Positions 51,310 through 64,000 of a stretch of DNA of 64,000 nt are shown one piece after another. Origin of the DNA: Octopus sinensis (Eukaryota); contig NC_043000.1 in assembly GCF_006345805.1 (NCBI RefSeq), forward strand, positions 59,830,001 through 59,894,000, given 5' to 3'. The notes under the pieces are model-generated. The model saw only the letters and a list, made by a program, of their open reading frames with translations, did no database searches and had not been told where the DNA came from. Each line of letters begins with the position of its first letter. The stretch's first letter is position 1. A program made the position numbers and the translations under genes.

Positions 51310-52340
51310 TTTTTATAAGCCTTTCAAGATCCATGAGAATGATATGGTTAATGTTCCTCTCAGGCAGCTGCAAGTTAGCAGTGAGAGGATGTACAGAAGG
51401 ATGAAACTCCAAAGGAGCAACTTTCTGGGGAGAAAGGTTTGGAAATAGTGGTTGTTAGTGTGGGACCTGAGATATGGACATAATATATGTAATGAAATTG
51501 GAGATGGCATGAGATCAACCAGATCCATGGAGAAGAGGCCACTGCAGTAATGACAGAAATAGTAAAAAAGAGGATACAGAAGGACTGTTGGTCAAACATT
51601 GAACTGTATTGGTGAGTAACTTCATGCAATCAGCTGAGCTGCTTTTTTTTAAATATAGTTTAACACATCTGTGACTATGTAGCAGCATATCCTAGAGGTG
51701 GGATGAGTACTTTGTGAATTTTATCTGGAACTTGTAGCAAGTAGTAGCATTTTATGACCCTGAAGAGGAAAGCAAGTCTTGGTGATACAGTTGTGATTAA
51801 CTATGTTAGGGCATTCATTTGCTAGGAAAGATCCTTAGAGATTGTGAGGCCAAGCATTTATGTGCTCATGAGAGTTCTAGTTGTGTACTGTATATGTTTA
51901 GTGGGTGAGATGGGGCGCAATAATGTTTTCTCACTGTATAAAGTGAGTGTGTTTTTATGCTGTTGAAAGGAGGTAAGATTGGTATGACCACATAGTATGA
52001 TGCTTCTGAGTTCACTTTATGTAGTAGTCAATGAGTTCACTCTATGAGTAGTCAATGCAGATTTGATTTGCAGTGACTAAGCTACATGTGGATGATTTTC
52101 AGATGCATAAGGTTAAGGAGGAATGAAGAATGGTACCATCTACATAGAAGTAGACACTGTTGGAAGTGAAAGCAAATATATCACTGTCATATAGGAGAAA
52201 AAAAACCAAACCTTGGAGCAAAGTTAAAAGAATATGAGGTGTCCAAGAGATCTTCAGCAGCACCTGCTGCAATGATGCAATCTGACAGAAAGCCTGCTAT
52301 CCAAGAGATAAAAGATAAAAGAAAGTCATAGAGAGACAGT
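51310..52340 (-). mobile_element. Decayed CR1/L2-group LINE (RT and 3' region)
   Basis: Reverse strand WIAGFLSD..., SNSVYFYVDGTILHSS (decayed YADDxxLHSS), PPLGYAAT*, YYFCHYCSGLFSMDLVDLMP and HYFQTFLPRKLLLW (decayed SFFPRTxxLWN). Confidence 0.6.
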
Positions 52341-53199
52341 TTTACCAAGAGATTTGCATGCCAATCATAGCTGAAAGCCTAAGCTTGCATCGAATATCTT
52401 CAGAACACCTTAATTTTTTATATATTAATCATCAAGTGCATAAAGTATCAAAATTGACTTAAGACCTAAGGATTAATTTGAAATAACTGAAGAGAAAAAA
52501 AGCCACCAGGAACTATCAAAATTTAATCATGAAAATAATCCAATAATCACAAAGCAAATAGTTTTCTAACAGGTCTAGATGTATTTTTTAAAATACTGTA
52601 ACGATTATAAAACAGTTACTTCTATTAACATATTACACATAAGGATAACACACAAGTTAAAAGATTAACATAAAGCCATTTAATAATCTCAGACTTGAAA
52701 AATAGACAAAAGTCACAACATTAGGCATGGCAATTACGTGCAAGCCTTCTTTGTGGTGTAGTCACTTTATGTGAACATAATCTCCATTTAGTACATTTGC
52801 ACCACCTCTTCATTATGGGTAATAGAGTCGCTTGACAAGAATAGATGAATAAACTTTGATTTTTATATAAACCTGTCATAAACATAAACCACGTGATTTA
52901 TTAGACACGTGAACCTTCTTGAAAATGAAAATAATCATAGAATAATATGAATGACTAAATAAGATGTCTCTTGTTTTAGCATTTATCTTGACACTACTTT
53001 CTTATGCATCAAGCTGAGATTTCATGTAAATGAGAGAAAGTTATTATTTCCGGAATCTTAAATAGTATAGGGTTTTTATTTAAATAATAAAATAATACTT
53101 TCTTGTTTTTGTCTTTGTATTAAACTGCCTTAAAAAAAAAAAACAGAAAATGAACCCTTTTCTACTAATCTGATTTAAAAAAGAAAACAATATACTGAA

Positions 53200-53360
53200 T
53201 GGCTGTGTGCGTGGTTAAGAAGTTTGCTTCAGAACCACATTGCTCTGGGTTCAATCCCACTGCATGGCACCTTAGATAAGCATCTTCTATTATAGCCTTG
53301 GGTTGACTAATGCTTTGTGAGTGCTATTAGAAAGACAGAAATTGTGTTGAAGCCTGTATT

Positions 53361-53398
<38 letters not shown>

Positions 53399-53400
53399 TG
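53200..53400 (+). mobile_element. SINE family B 5' half
   Basis: ggctgtgtgcgtggttaagaagtttgcttc...gggttcaatcccactgcatggcaccttagataagcatcttctattatagcc, then (TG)n. Confidence 0.75.
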
Positions 53401-54661
53401 TGTGTGTGTGCATGCATGCGCATGCACATGTGTGCAAATGACAGTATTCATGTCAATGTTTATGCTTAGCATTTTATCATTGTAAACTGATGTGTTGAAT
53501 TGTGGCCCTTTATGTCTAAAATGTAGCTTAACTATTCAGCAAACAGGAATCGATAAAATAAGTATCAAACTAGGGTAATTACTAGGGCCAAAATGATCAG
53601 TAAAACACTTGAAGTGGGTCACTCCAGGATAACCACTGTTCAATGACAGAAACCAGTAAATGAATATATGAACAAACAGAAAATTATATCATGTTCATGC
53701 CTTTCTTTAGCACAATGATATTACAAGAAGAATGAATTTGCTACAAATGAGAATTGAAACTGTGATATGCAAATATAGATTGTTATGAGTTAACTTCCTA
53801 CAATACAATTAGCCCATAAAAATATTGATTACACACACACACAGCAAACAGAACCTCAAATATCATAATAACCTGTACAATAAAACTATTTCTAGATAGC
53901 CAATAGAAACGTTTATAGTAACCCCCTATACATACTTTCATAATTTACAATCAACATTCATGTTCAACATATATTAAAATAACTTGTGAATTTCTTTAGA
54001 ATTATGATAATTTGATTTGTTTTGATCAGGTGAGGTCACAAGTTTCTAGAAAGGTGTATCTAATCAAATGAAATACTATAGCACTATTTGACAGGTACTT
54101 GTTTTATTAACCTAAGAGCAATGAAAGGCAAAGTAAACACTAGTTGTGTTTAAACTTAGAATGTACAAGATATCACTAATACCCATGAAGTATTTTGTCT
54201 GACTAAAAACAGTATGTATATATATATATATATATATGACAGCATGAAAGGCGGACATTAAACAGCATTTCCATTGTGTCTACTGGAACCATGAGGCAGT
54301 CTGAATTACAGGAAATTGTACATCCCATTCCTTAATGTAAAGTTACTCCACATAAATTATACTTTATTCTAAAATATATTTACATTGAGTTCTAACAACT
54401 GGTGATTAGCATCACTATACCTAAGTGAAATCATAATATATATCTATCTCTAATCAGATGGAATACTTTTTTGGCCATCTTACCATCATGGAACAGTAGT
54501 ACATTATATATATATATATATTGATAGAAATGGTAAGACACAAAAGAATGAAAGAGACCTCGATATTACGTAAATAGAGGAATTTATCTGTAAATATATG
54601 TGACATATCATGGCTACAGAATAATTGTCACATATTATATTTACAGATATATATATATATC

Positions 54662-55786
54662 AAATAAGCAGAAAATGGAGAAAACATTTGATCAACAAAC
54701 AAACTGACTACCATAGGTTATTATTTTTTGATACAAAACTTTAACATTGCTAACAGCTGTTTCTGCTACCTATGTCAGTTGATGCTGCCAAAGAAAATTA
54801 TGAGAATAATATTCGTCATCTTTTATAGCACAACTGATCTGATACATGTAGCTTCATCAGAGTGACTACAAATGCATAAAATAAAAGAAGAGAAGAGAGA
54901 AGAGGAAAGAGCAGGGCCTCGAGATGAGGAAAGAAGGCTTAATAAATTAGAATCCTACCATTTTGCAGTGTAAAGCTTGAAGTCGATGAGCAAATGAATA
55001 AACTAGAAAAATAATTAGTGGGTTAATCTTTCTTTAGGGGTACTGGGGTGTATAAATAATAAGAAAATAAAACTAGTACTTAAGTATAACTGGAATCGCC
55101 AATAGATCTAGAAAAAGAATAGTACTTATAATTTCATAAATAGTGCTAATTAATATTTATCCAAAAACATACCCATAAAGTTGTTACAATAGTGTACTTA
55201 CTGATATATTCTAGGGACCAACCACCTGTTGTCCATAATGGAATTGACCAAAGGCCAAGATACCCATGAAGTAACAACTTTATGGGTATGTTTTTGGTTA
55301 AATATTAATTATCACTATTTACGAAATCATAAGTACTATTCTTTTTCTAGACTTACTGGCGATTCCAGTTATACTTAAGTACTAGTTTTATTTTCTTATT
55401 ATTTATACACCCCGGTACCCCTAAAAAAAGATTAACCGACCAATTATTTTTCTGGTTTATTCATTTGCTCATTGACTTCAAGCTTCACACTGCAAAATGG
55501 TATGATTCTAATTTATTAAGCCTTCTTTCATCTCGAGGCCCTGTTCTTTTCTCTTTTCTTTCTTTATTTTATGTATTTGTAGTCACCCTGATGAAGCTCC
55601 ATGTACCAGATCAGATGTGCTATAAAAGATGACGAATATTATTCTCATAATTTTCTTTGGCAGCACCAACTGACATAGTTAGTAGAAATAGCTGTTAGCA
55701 ATGTTAAAGTTTAGTGTTAAAAAATAATAACCTATAGTAGTCAGTTTGTTTGTTGATCAGAAGTTTTCTCCATTTTCTGCTTATTT
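54662..55786. repeat. Long inverted repeat (palindrome): ~520-bp arms, 83-bp spacer
   Basis: 54662-55187 is the reverse complement of 55271-55786 (e.g. aaataagcagaaaatggagaaaac / gttttctccattttctgcttattt; cccataaagttgttac / gtaacaactttatggg); roughly 90% identical by eye. Confidence 0.95.
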
Positions 55787-55989
55787 TAAATTTGATTCCT
55801 GATAAACTCTTGTTTATTTTGTTATTACCTATATCCTATGAGCATATTATGCTTGCATATCCATGCCCAGGGTTAACAGAAGTAATTTATACTGGTAGTG
55901 ATAAAGTATATTCTTATCCCTTAGATGGTTATTCCAACCGCTAGTGGCTGAGTATTTCTCAGACAGGCGTTCCCTTTAGAAAGTACTCA

Positions 55990-56190
55990 GAGAGGTTCCG
56001 TGAAACAGAATGTGAAAAGTCTAGATCTTTGCAATACAGGTACAACCAATATTTGCCAACTGAGTAGTCTGGAGCAATATGAAATAAAGAGTCTCGCTCA
56101 AGGACACAATGTGCTACGAAGTATCAAACTCACAACCTTATGATCATGAGCCAAATACTCTGACCACTAAGCTATGCACCTTCACACACA
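55990..56190 (-). mobile_element. Family D-like SINE remnant
   Basis: gccaactgagtagtctggagcaatatgaaataaagagtctcgctcaaggacacaatg...gaccactaagctatgcaccttcac. Confidence 0.6.
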
Positions 56191-58040
56191 ACACGTTTCT
56201 ACTTATCTACAAAATTCTACTGAGAAAGCATTGGTCAACCTGAGGCTACACTAAAAGATATGAGGCCATGATTTCTTGCAGTAGCATTGAAATCAGAACC
56301 ACATGGTTGTGAAGTGAGCTTTTTAACTATACAGCGATACCAATACTTATACAAAATTTTAAAAAAACCTTTAGACATGAATTTAAACCCCAACCTAAAA
56401 AAAAAAACATAAATAAATTAAACAAAAACAAATATAAATAAGTAAAAAAAATCACCTCCAAAGTATTCCTTGTTAAAGAAGGCAGAAAGAAAGACTAAGA
56501 GAAGCAGAAATACTATGACTGCAAATTCACTAAAACAATAGAACAGGAACAGAGTAAGAATTAAAGGAAAAAGAAGAGGAAAAAAACCTAACCCTTTTTG
56601 AATTTTTATTTCTTCCTGAAAAATAAACGGACCATATACATAGTAGAATAATTTACAGTTTGTATTGGATTTTCTTGTCAAATAGGGAATTTTCTTTTCT
56701 ATTGCAGCTGATGAGAAAAATTTAAGGGGAGGGAAAAAAAAACTAAAGAAAATATTTCTGTTTCCACAAGAGCAGCGAGTGAAGGATAGTGGATTTGACA
56801 ACACAAAGAAAACAAATTGTTTTAGTACACGAGACTTACTATTCTTAATTTTAACAACTTCTCCCCAATGTGCTTTTCCTCAAAAAGAATGGAGTTCCAA
56901 AATTCATGTTATTTATTTAGTAAGAAAGAGGTGGGGGTGAAGGTTTCGAATTTGTATGGCATGTTTTACATAGCACTCTTAGTTTCTTACAGACATATTT
57001 AACACACATATGTTATATAAAATGAGATGTATTCAACAAATGTCTATATACTTATAAAAAGAAGTGAGTTTGTATGTTGACCAATGACAACACAAGATAA
57101 AATTGGTAATAATTAAGGTTTCTCATGTATTCAACTAATCTTACCTTGCTATGAACATTTTTTCCCAAAACAGAGGAGGGGGCAATAAATTACTTCTACA
57201 ATTTGAAGTTCATAAACGTGGAAGTTGTAAAGATAATTTATGGACACCCTTGTGTCTCGTCTACTATAAAAGAAAAACCATATTCAATATATAATAAGTT
57301 TATATAACTTTCAAGCAAACCAAACTTCTCCACTTAACTCTGATGAATAATAGTGATTGTCACCAGAAGATTTTATGCATTTTGTAGGAACCAATGAAGG
57401 AACCTCTATGTGACAGTTTGACCTGGTAGAAATAACAGTCAAATTTGCTCAAATTCTACTCTTCATTTTAGAAAAGGACTTTGGATAATGAGGTTCAAGG
57501 TTCTCTACTTATAAGAAAATGACAGGATGGTCATGGCTGGGATGCTCTCTGATCACATCAGTTAAGTCAAGGCTGACTGTCTTGAAGTTAAACGATAATG
57601 ATACTTTGAGTAACAAGCTGATGAAGGAGATGTGAACACAAACAACCAGCCAAATCACCCTACCATCTTAGCAAAAATTAACACATTGGACAATGTAGTC
57701 ACTGATTTTAATGACCAGGATTGACAGGGGGCTAAACAACAATATAGTAGCTTACAACAGTTGAACCCAGTGAATAAGGTATTGGACTACCAACAAATAT
57801 TCACATTCTTTGCTAGCATTTCTTTATGCCTCCAGGCAGAAAAACCATAGTTTACATGGCACAGACTAAGTTGATTAGAGAATAGATAAATGTTATTTGT
57901 GATAGGTTAGCACCTTGAGAGAGATTTGTTTTTCATCCATTTATCTACCACTACACAATGTACGGATCCAAAGGATATTTGAGATTTGTGAAAGGTGAAA
58001 ATAATGAATTTGTCAAATCGGAGCAGCACAAAAGCCAAAA

Positions 58041-58042
<2 letters not shown>

Positions 58043-58127
<85 letters not shown>
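58043..58127. repeat. (GT)n microsatellite
   Basis: About 42 GT units with one phase shift. Confidence 0.95.
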
Positions 58128-58129
<2 letters not shown>

Positions 58130-60453
58130 GTGTGCATGTGCATTGACCATTATAATGATAAAAGCTATATGCAATTATTATAAAAGAAAATATGAAAAAT
58201 AAATAGTATTGAAATGAATAAACAATGTATGTATAAATAGCATATCAGCTGGAGATGATTCCAGTGTATGTGTATATGTGGAGAAGGTTACCTAAGTGTT
58301 AAATTTATAGTCTTTGTACCAGATATTCAACCTTGTCAGCAGTATTGAATGTTAAGTATTATGTAAATTATGCACATTTTACATTAGCTCAAACATCAAA
58401 CCATGCAATCATAATTGATGTAACAATATCTATTCAAATATAATGATGTAATAATTTTCAAAAATGACATTTTCAGAATACAAAAATATATTTTAACCTA
58501 CATTTTTCAGATCAAGTACAGATTTTTCCACGAAAAAAATTAATACTAGCTATTTAGCAGAAAACTCACTAAATAATGACATTGAGAATGTGTGTGGTGA
58601 CTTTTATTACCTTTCAGTCAGAAGGGAAGGAAGTATTTTTAGTGCCTCCAAGACTTGTGAGAGAAACAAGGAAAATATCCTCAATCCAGTGGCCTAGTCC
58701 AAATGCTTGCAACAGAATGGATTCTATTAAAAGTACCTTAGATGCTTGGTGGGGGGGAGGGTAGTGTTAAAATGGGGGAGTGATTAAGTGTACCACCCAT
58801 GTAAGCCATGGCAAGATTTTAACTTAGAACACAATGAGCTGAAACAAACACCACACGGTATCAAGTCTAGAATTCTTACAATCCCATTAATCTACCACCT
58901 TAAATTGATTCTGTTTTTTATCAACTTCAAATGAATGGAAAGCAATGATGATCTTGGCAGGATTCAATCTCAGATCACAGAGCCAAAATAAATATTGTAA
59001 TGCATATAATCTAAAACTCCAGTGACAAATTACAAAGAATTTAAAATAACTGCAGAGTAATGAGCTAAGTGGGGTCTATTTCAAATAAAATGTTAACTCA
59101 AAAGAAGGCTGAGTGTGCTCCGGGGAATGAAAATAACAAATGATAATGAAAACGATTGGGTAATTTGTACAGGGAAGAAAATTGCACTATTTTAGATATG
59201 TGTGATTCAGAAAAAAGTGATACAAACTGCTAAAAAGTTGCTGTATTATAAGCTGTATTATAAACTTGAACAAATCTATCTATTCCAGCTTAAGGTAATG
59301 AATTTGAAAGCAATACATATGATGATAATATCAAGTAACAAATACTAAAACCAAATTTTCCTGCTTCTGGAATGTTAAGCCAAAGAAATTGAATAGGAAA
59401 AAACTTATATTTTAAGTGATCTAATCATCTGTAATTCTGGAAACAATTTGAACCCACCACCTCCTGACTCTTTCCTACAAAGATGAAAGTGTTTTCTAAC
59501 TTTCTTTAATGTTCATTTTTCATACTGCCACAAGTGAGATAAGGTGACATTCCCATACATCTGCATAAATATTTTGTATACAGTTATATGCATTAGTGAG
59601 TGAGCATGTGATAATCCCACATTCACTTGTTGATACTGCAAATATGTGCTAGAAACCCATATATATATATATATATATATACACATACACATCTGCTTCT
59701 TCCATTTCTTAAAATTAAGTAATAGTCCTTCAAACTCATGTCATTCTTTTATGTACTGCACAATTAATAAAATTAAAGTGGTTATTAAAAAAAAACTATT
59801 ACTGCTGCTACTACTACTACTACTACAGTATTTAATTGGTACTATAATTCATCTGCATTTCTGTAATTGTTAATGCAGGTTTACATGCTGACATGAGTTG
59901 TAAATACATGTGTGAATGTGCATGTATATACAAGTGTATAATTAGGTATACAAATATGTGTAAACATGTATGAACACACACACATCACCATCATTACACA
60001 TATGTATAAACACACATGCACATATATACATGTAAGTGGAAATCATTAGGAAATAATGCAAATGAAGAGAGATTACATATGATGGAGTCCAACGCTGACA
60101 GCCCACACAAACATGAATGTAGAATGAAGCAACCAACACATTTTCTCATGGGACAACAAATGCTTAGTCTATGATTGGACTTGTGAATCCCATATTGGTC
60201 TCTATAGTCATATGTGAATGGATCTACAGAAATAAAATCTGAAAAACAATCATACTTAACCAGTGTGTTCATGTCAACTTAAATGGGATGCTTTTTTGTA
60301 ATGGGTTTCAACTTGAATAAAACTAGCAATTAAAAAGGAGGGTTAAAAAAAGCAACAAAGAGAGAAAAAAACTAATAACATGAATACTATTTTGTTATAA
60401 AGCTAATGTTTACCTATTAAAAGAAATAAACAAGAATGATTTAGAATTTCTCA

Positions 60454-60640
60454 CCTGATTTGAGTTTTAACAAACAATTGAGATAATCCTATGAGGATTA
60501 GACACAAGTGAAGGAAGTAATACTTTAACAATCTCTTACTTGAGAAAAAAAAGTTTATTTCTTCCTCTGATAAAGAACCCCTGTCACCTTGGAACACTGA
60601 AAGCCTGGCAGGTCTCAGATCTTCACTACTTTCCACAGGA
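60454..60640 (-). other. Weak candidate non-coding (5' UTR) exon end
   Basis: Donor CAG/GTGAGA at 60454/60453 after a unique, non-repetitive block; no ATG in the open frame; the 5' boundary is unknown. Confidence 0.2.
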
Positions 60641-61939
60641 AGACAAATTAACTAACATTGTTTTATTGTTCTTCTCTCCTATCCCCTCCTAACAGTAATA
60701 TGTGTATATTTTGTCCATCTTACTCATTCCTTAGGCATACACCAAAAAGAATTCAGAAAATATCACCTCTCTCTCCCTTACTCCTTTGGGTGGTCAAGGA
60801 GAAAGTAAAAAATAATAATAATAATAATAAACAAAATAAATACCAAGAACATCCCACCTCTCAAGAAGAAAAGAAACAAAAAGTAACAAGAGTTCATGGA
60901 GGATTAGGGAGTGGGGTACCTAAGGACAGGTAGGAAGCCAAACAGTAAACAACAGCCAAAGTAAAGGAGTTGGTACTAAAAGGTACAGAACAAACAAAAG
61001 ATGGCAGAGAGAGGGGGGAGAGAGGGGCAGAGAGAGAGAGAGAGAGAGAGAGAGGCAGAGAGAAAAGCCTTAATAACCAGAGGAGCCAATAGTCTTAGCA
61101 GGAGTTTTGTACTATAATGATTTTGGAAGACCCTGAGATAGGTAAAATTTAGTACAAGGAACACTTTTGCCTGGAATGATTTGATTATAGGTCTACACGC
61201 AATGTTCACCCACCTAAAGCTAAACAGCAACAATGACCTGTGTTTTTTATTAATGAAAGCAAGCAACAAGGAAACAGAAACTATATGAATGGAATTCTAA
61301 AATTACTATTTTAATATATGTAACTAAAATTAATGTATGCAAAGAAAAATATTTGTAAACAAACTTCTAATCCCACCAAATATGAAGAAATGATTATTTC
61401 CCTTGTACCAACTAGGGGACACCATGTGTTTAATAATAAGTGATTTATAAAATCAGTATAAGGCCACAAGTTTTTTGGGAGGATGTAGTTGATTAAATCA
61501 TCATGTACTTCACTGGTGCTTATTTTAACCACTTTCAAAGGATGGCTGCTAAAGACAATCCCAAGAGAATATGAACCGAGAACATAATGGGATGTAATTG
61601 GCAAAGTCTGGCATTGCTTGATTCTACCATCTATTCTACCTTAATAATAATGCTTCTGATTTAGGCATAAGGCCAGCAAATTTGAGTGAAGTCAATTAGT
61701 TGATTATGTCAATTTCAATACCTATTTGATTTCTTTATTTCATTGAGTGCAGAGAGATGAAAGGTAAAATTTGCCTCAGCTGGATTTGATCTCAAGATGT
61801 AAATAATCAGAATAAATGCTGCAAGATATTTTTGTCTGACCCTCTAACAACTCAGCCAAGTGATTTCTATAACAGGAACAGAGTTGTTGAGTTAATTCAC
61901 ACTAGTAATTTACTTTACTTATTTTACTGATCCTAGAAT

Positions 61940-62424
61940 TACCATAAATCCTCAAGTATAGTCCACCCTTGAGCATAATATGCAGGGGATTTTTAGGGGA
62001 CTATACCTCTGAAAAACCTAAACCTTGTGTATAATATGCACCCTTTCTCTAACTTGAGTCAAGGAGGTCTATATAACATCCTTGGTTTATAAAAATGTAT
62101 ACGGTAATGTCCTTTATTACATAATGCAAATGTGTAGCTTTTGTGTGCATTTTGTTTGCAGAAAATAAAGAAATAACAGTAATAACGTTTAATAAATGTT
62201 GCTTGCTGCAAGTTATGAATGATTCTTTTATGACTTCATTGCTTTCAGGCTTAGCTTAAGATATTTTTGCACCTGAATAAACATTGCCGGACAGCAAATA
62301 GAGACGTGGACATTGCTTAGAAATAATTTTCATTTTTAACCTCGTGTATAATACGCACTAGGGATTTTGGCCTTTAAATTTTTTGAAAAAAATGCAGATT
62401 ATTTATACTCAAGGATTTACGGTA
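61940..62424. mobile_element. Tc1/mariner-pogo-type MITE with TA target duplication
   Basis: TA-CCATAAATCCTCAAGTATA ... TATACTCAAGGATTTACGG-TA; internal repeats of ttgtgtataatatgcac / tcgtgtataatacgcac. Confidence 0.85.
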
Positions 62425-62529
62425 TGAGAAACAAAGCTTACTCTGGTAGGATTTGAATTCTGAATATAGATATAACAAATTCCTGCAATACATTTTGTTC
62501 CCGGCTCTACTGATCCTGCAATCTACCTA

Positions 62530-62755
62530 CCTCTAATAATAATCCTTTCTGCTAAAAGCACGAGGCCTGAAATTTTGGGGCAGGAGACTTGTCGATTAAA
62601 TTGACACCCCCAGTGTTTCACTGGTACTTAATTTATTGACCCCGAAAGGATGAAAGGCAAAGTCAACTTTGGCATAATTTGAACTCAGAACACAGCGACG
62701 TGTAAAATGCTGTTAAATATTTCGTCCTGTGTGCTAACAATTCTGCCAGCTCAAT
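62530..62755 (-). mobile_element. SINE family A copy
   Basis: aataatcctttctgctaaaagcacgaggcc...cccgaaaggatgaaaggcaaagtcaac...aattctgccagctc. Confidence 0.85.
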
Positions 62756-64000
62756 AATAACAACAGCAAATTATAGGTTAGGCCTAAAAACATTTGGTTT
62801 TACAGATGAGATGATTCAGGTCTGAAGCACACAATGGTATTATGCTGTAAATCTACCCAATCCATACCAGCACTGAAGAAGAGATTTGAAAATAATGGAT
62901 ATTGTATATAGGGAATAGATATTATACATAAAGAATAGAGATTCAAATCAATCCTATTAAATACCATAATAACTGTGACGAGCAAAGGGATTCTCATTTT
63001 ATCATTCAAAGTTCTATTTCAGTAGTCCTTCAAATGATTCACCCAAAACTTCTAAAACTCATGGCTATTGTCTTTTTCTGTTTTTCTTTTCTCTCTTTTA
63101 TTTTCTCTTTCCTATAATCAAGCATTCAAAGAAATTCATAAATTTTGTAGACTACTTGATGAATTTGTTCCTAAGTCAGAGTGCAAAGGAAAGGTCAATT
63201 GTCTGAGTGATGTGTCTGCTATTGTGTCACTCACAGTCTGCAACAACAACAATAATAATGAGTGGTGGTAGTGGTAGTTGTGGTTATGTTCATGTTGATG
63301 GTGGCAGTGGTGGTGATGATAATGATGATGTTTTCTTTTATTCACCAGTAGAGCTCAAGACACTGGGGATAGTACAAAGGTGAAATACAAAGGCAAACAA
63401 GAAACAGTGGAGGAGATGGGGTTACATTGAGTAAAAGGGCAAGGTCAACAAAACAATAAAGAACATATCCTTACATAGATAATAAATAAATAGCCATAAC
63501 AGTATAAGAACAAGAAAAGCCCTACAAAATAGTAGGTGGGCCAACTTCAAAAATAATTACTTGGGGCACCTCACACACCTCCAGATTATCCTGACACACC
63601 AAAGGCAAATAAATGTCTTCTACCAGCTCTTACCACCAACATATAGCTACATATTTACTGTAACACCATTTAGCCACAATAGCTTCTTTTTATTGCCACA
63701 TGAGAAATCACAAACATTTCTGACATAAGCTAAGATTAAAGGATTAGAGTTTTCCCCTTTACAGTAGAGAGTTCCTCACTTTCTTCAAAATGAATGTGAA
63801 AAAGGTTAGTATGTGTGTGTGACATCATGCATTTTAGAACAAGCTGATTGTTGTTGCAGTTTTGTGTTGTACTGTATCTTACAGGAAGTTAATAATAAAT
63901 GTGTATACTTTATTGTTTAAGGTTTGTTTTCAACAACTGATTAGTGAACAAAGGAACAAAAATAACAGAAAAAAAAAACTTCTTTAAGCAAAAAGATAGT

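Noticed and set aside
55585-55700. Hammerhead ribozyme in the palindrome arm (CTGATGA at about 55590)
   Set aside because: No GAAA at a suitable distance and no stem II/III pairing that I could build.
57043-57280. Helitron 5' terminus (tctatatacttataaaaagaagtgagtttgtatgtt)
   Set aside because: The preceding base is G rather than the expected A, and I found no 3' hairpin-CTRR end.
2099-63345. The many 60-160 aa ORFs rich in CV/HT/IY/II/LL/NN dipeptides or runs
   Set aside because: Products of (TG)n, (CA)n, (TA)n and (ATT)n microsatellites or SINE bodies, many starting at GTG/TTG; no coding evidence.
1-64000. A prokaryote-type or viral system (operon, defence island, endogenous virus)
   Set aside because: No gene-dense segment, no long intact non-repeat ORF, and no capsid, integrase or LTR structure was seen.

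Overview
AT-rich, microsatellite-dense eukaryotic DNA. The repeat repertoire (tRNA-derived SINEs with ATT tails, RTE and R4/Dong LINEs, mariner/maT, piggyBac MITEs) points to an octopod cephalopod (inference). No prokaryotic operon, CRISPR array, rRNA or authentic tRNA gene is visible, and no complete host gene can be supported. The window looks like intronic or intergenic sequence of a large locus, with one plausible minus-strand exon (11936-12022, signal-anchor-like peptide) and a few weak exon candidates. Almost every long ORF in the track is either transposon debris or a translation of a simple repeat. The most notable observations are: (1) a canonical C4HC3 PHD-finger motif embedded inside the reverse-transcriptase region of two diverged RTE LINE copies; (2) two diverged R4/Dong-type LINEs inserted with the same polarity into the (AAT)n tails between chained SINEs; (3) a ~1.1 kb palindrome with a small junction hairpin; (4) same-orientation SINE trains, two of which are mutually inverted around the candidate exon; (5) a 17 x 36 bp minisatellite. 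Coordinates were read by eye and repeat boundaries are approximate (about +/-20 bp unless a TSD or TIR is quoted). Family names come from recalled motifs, not from database searches.
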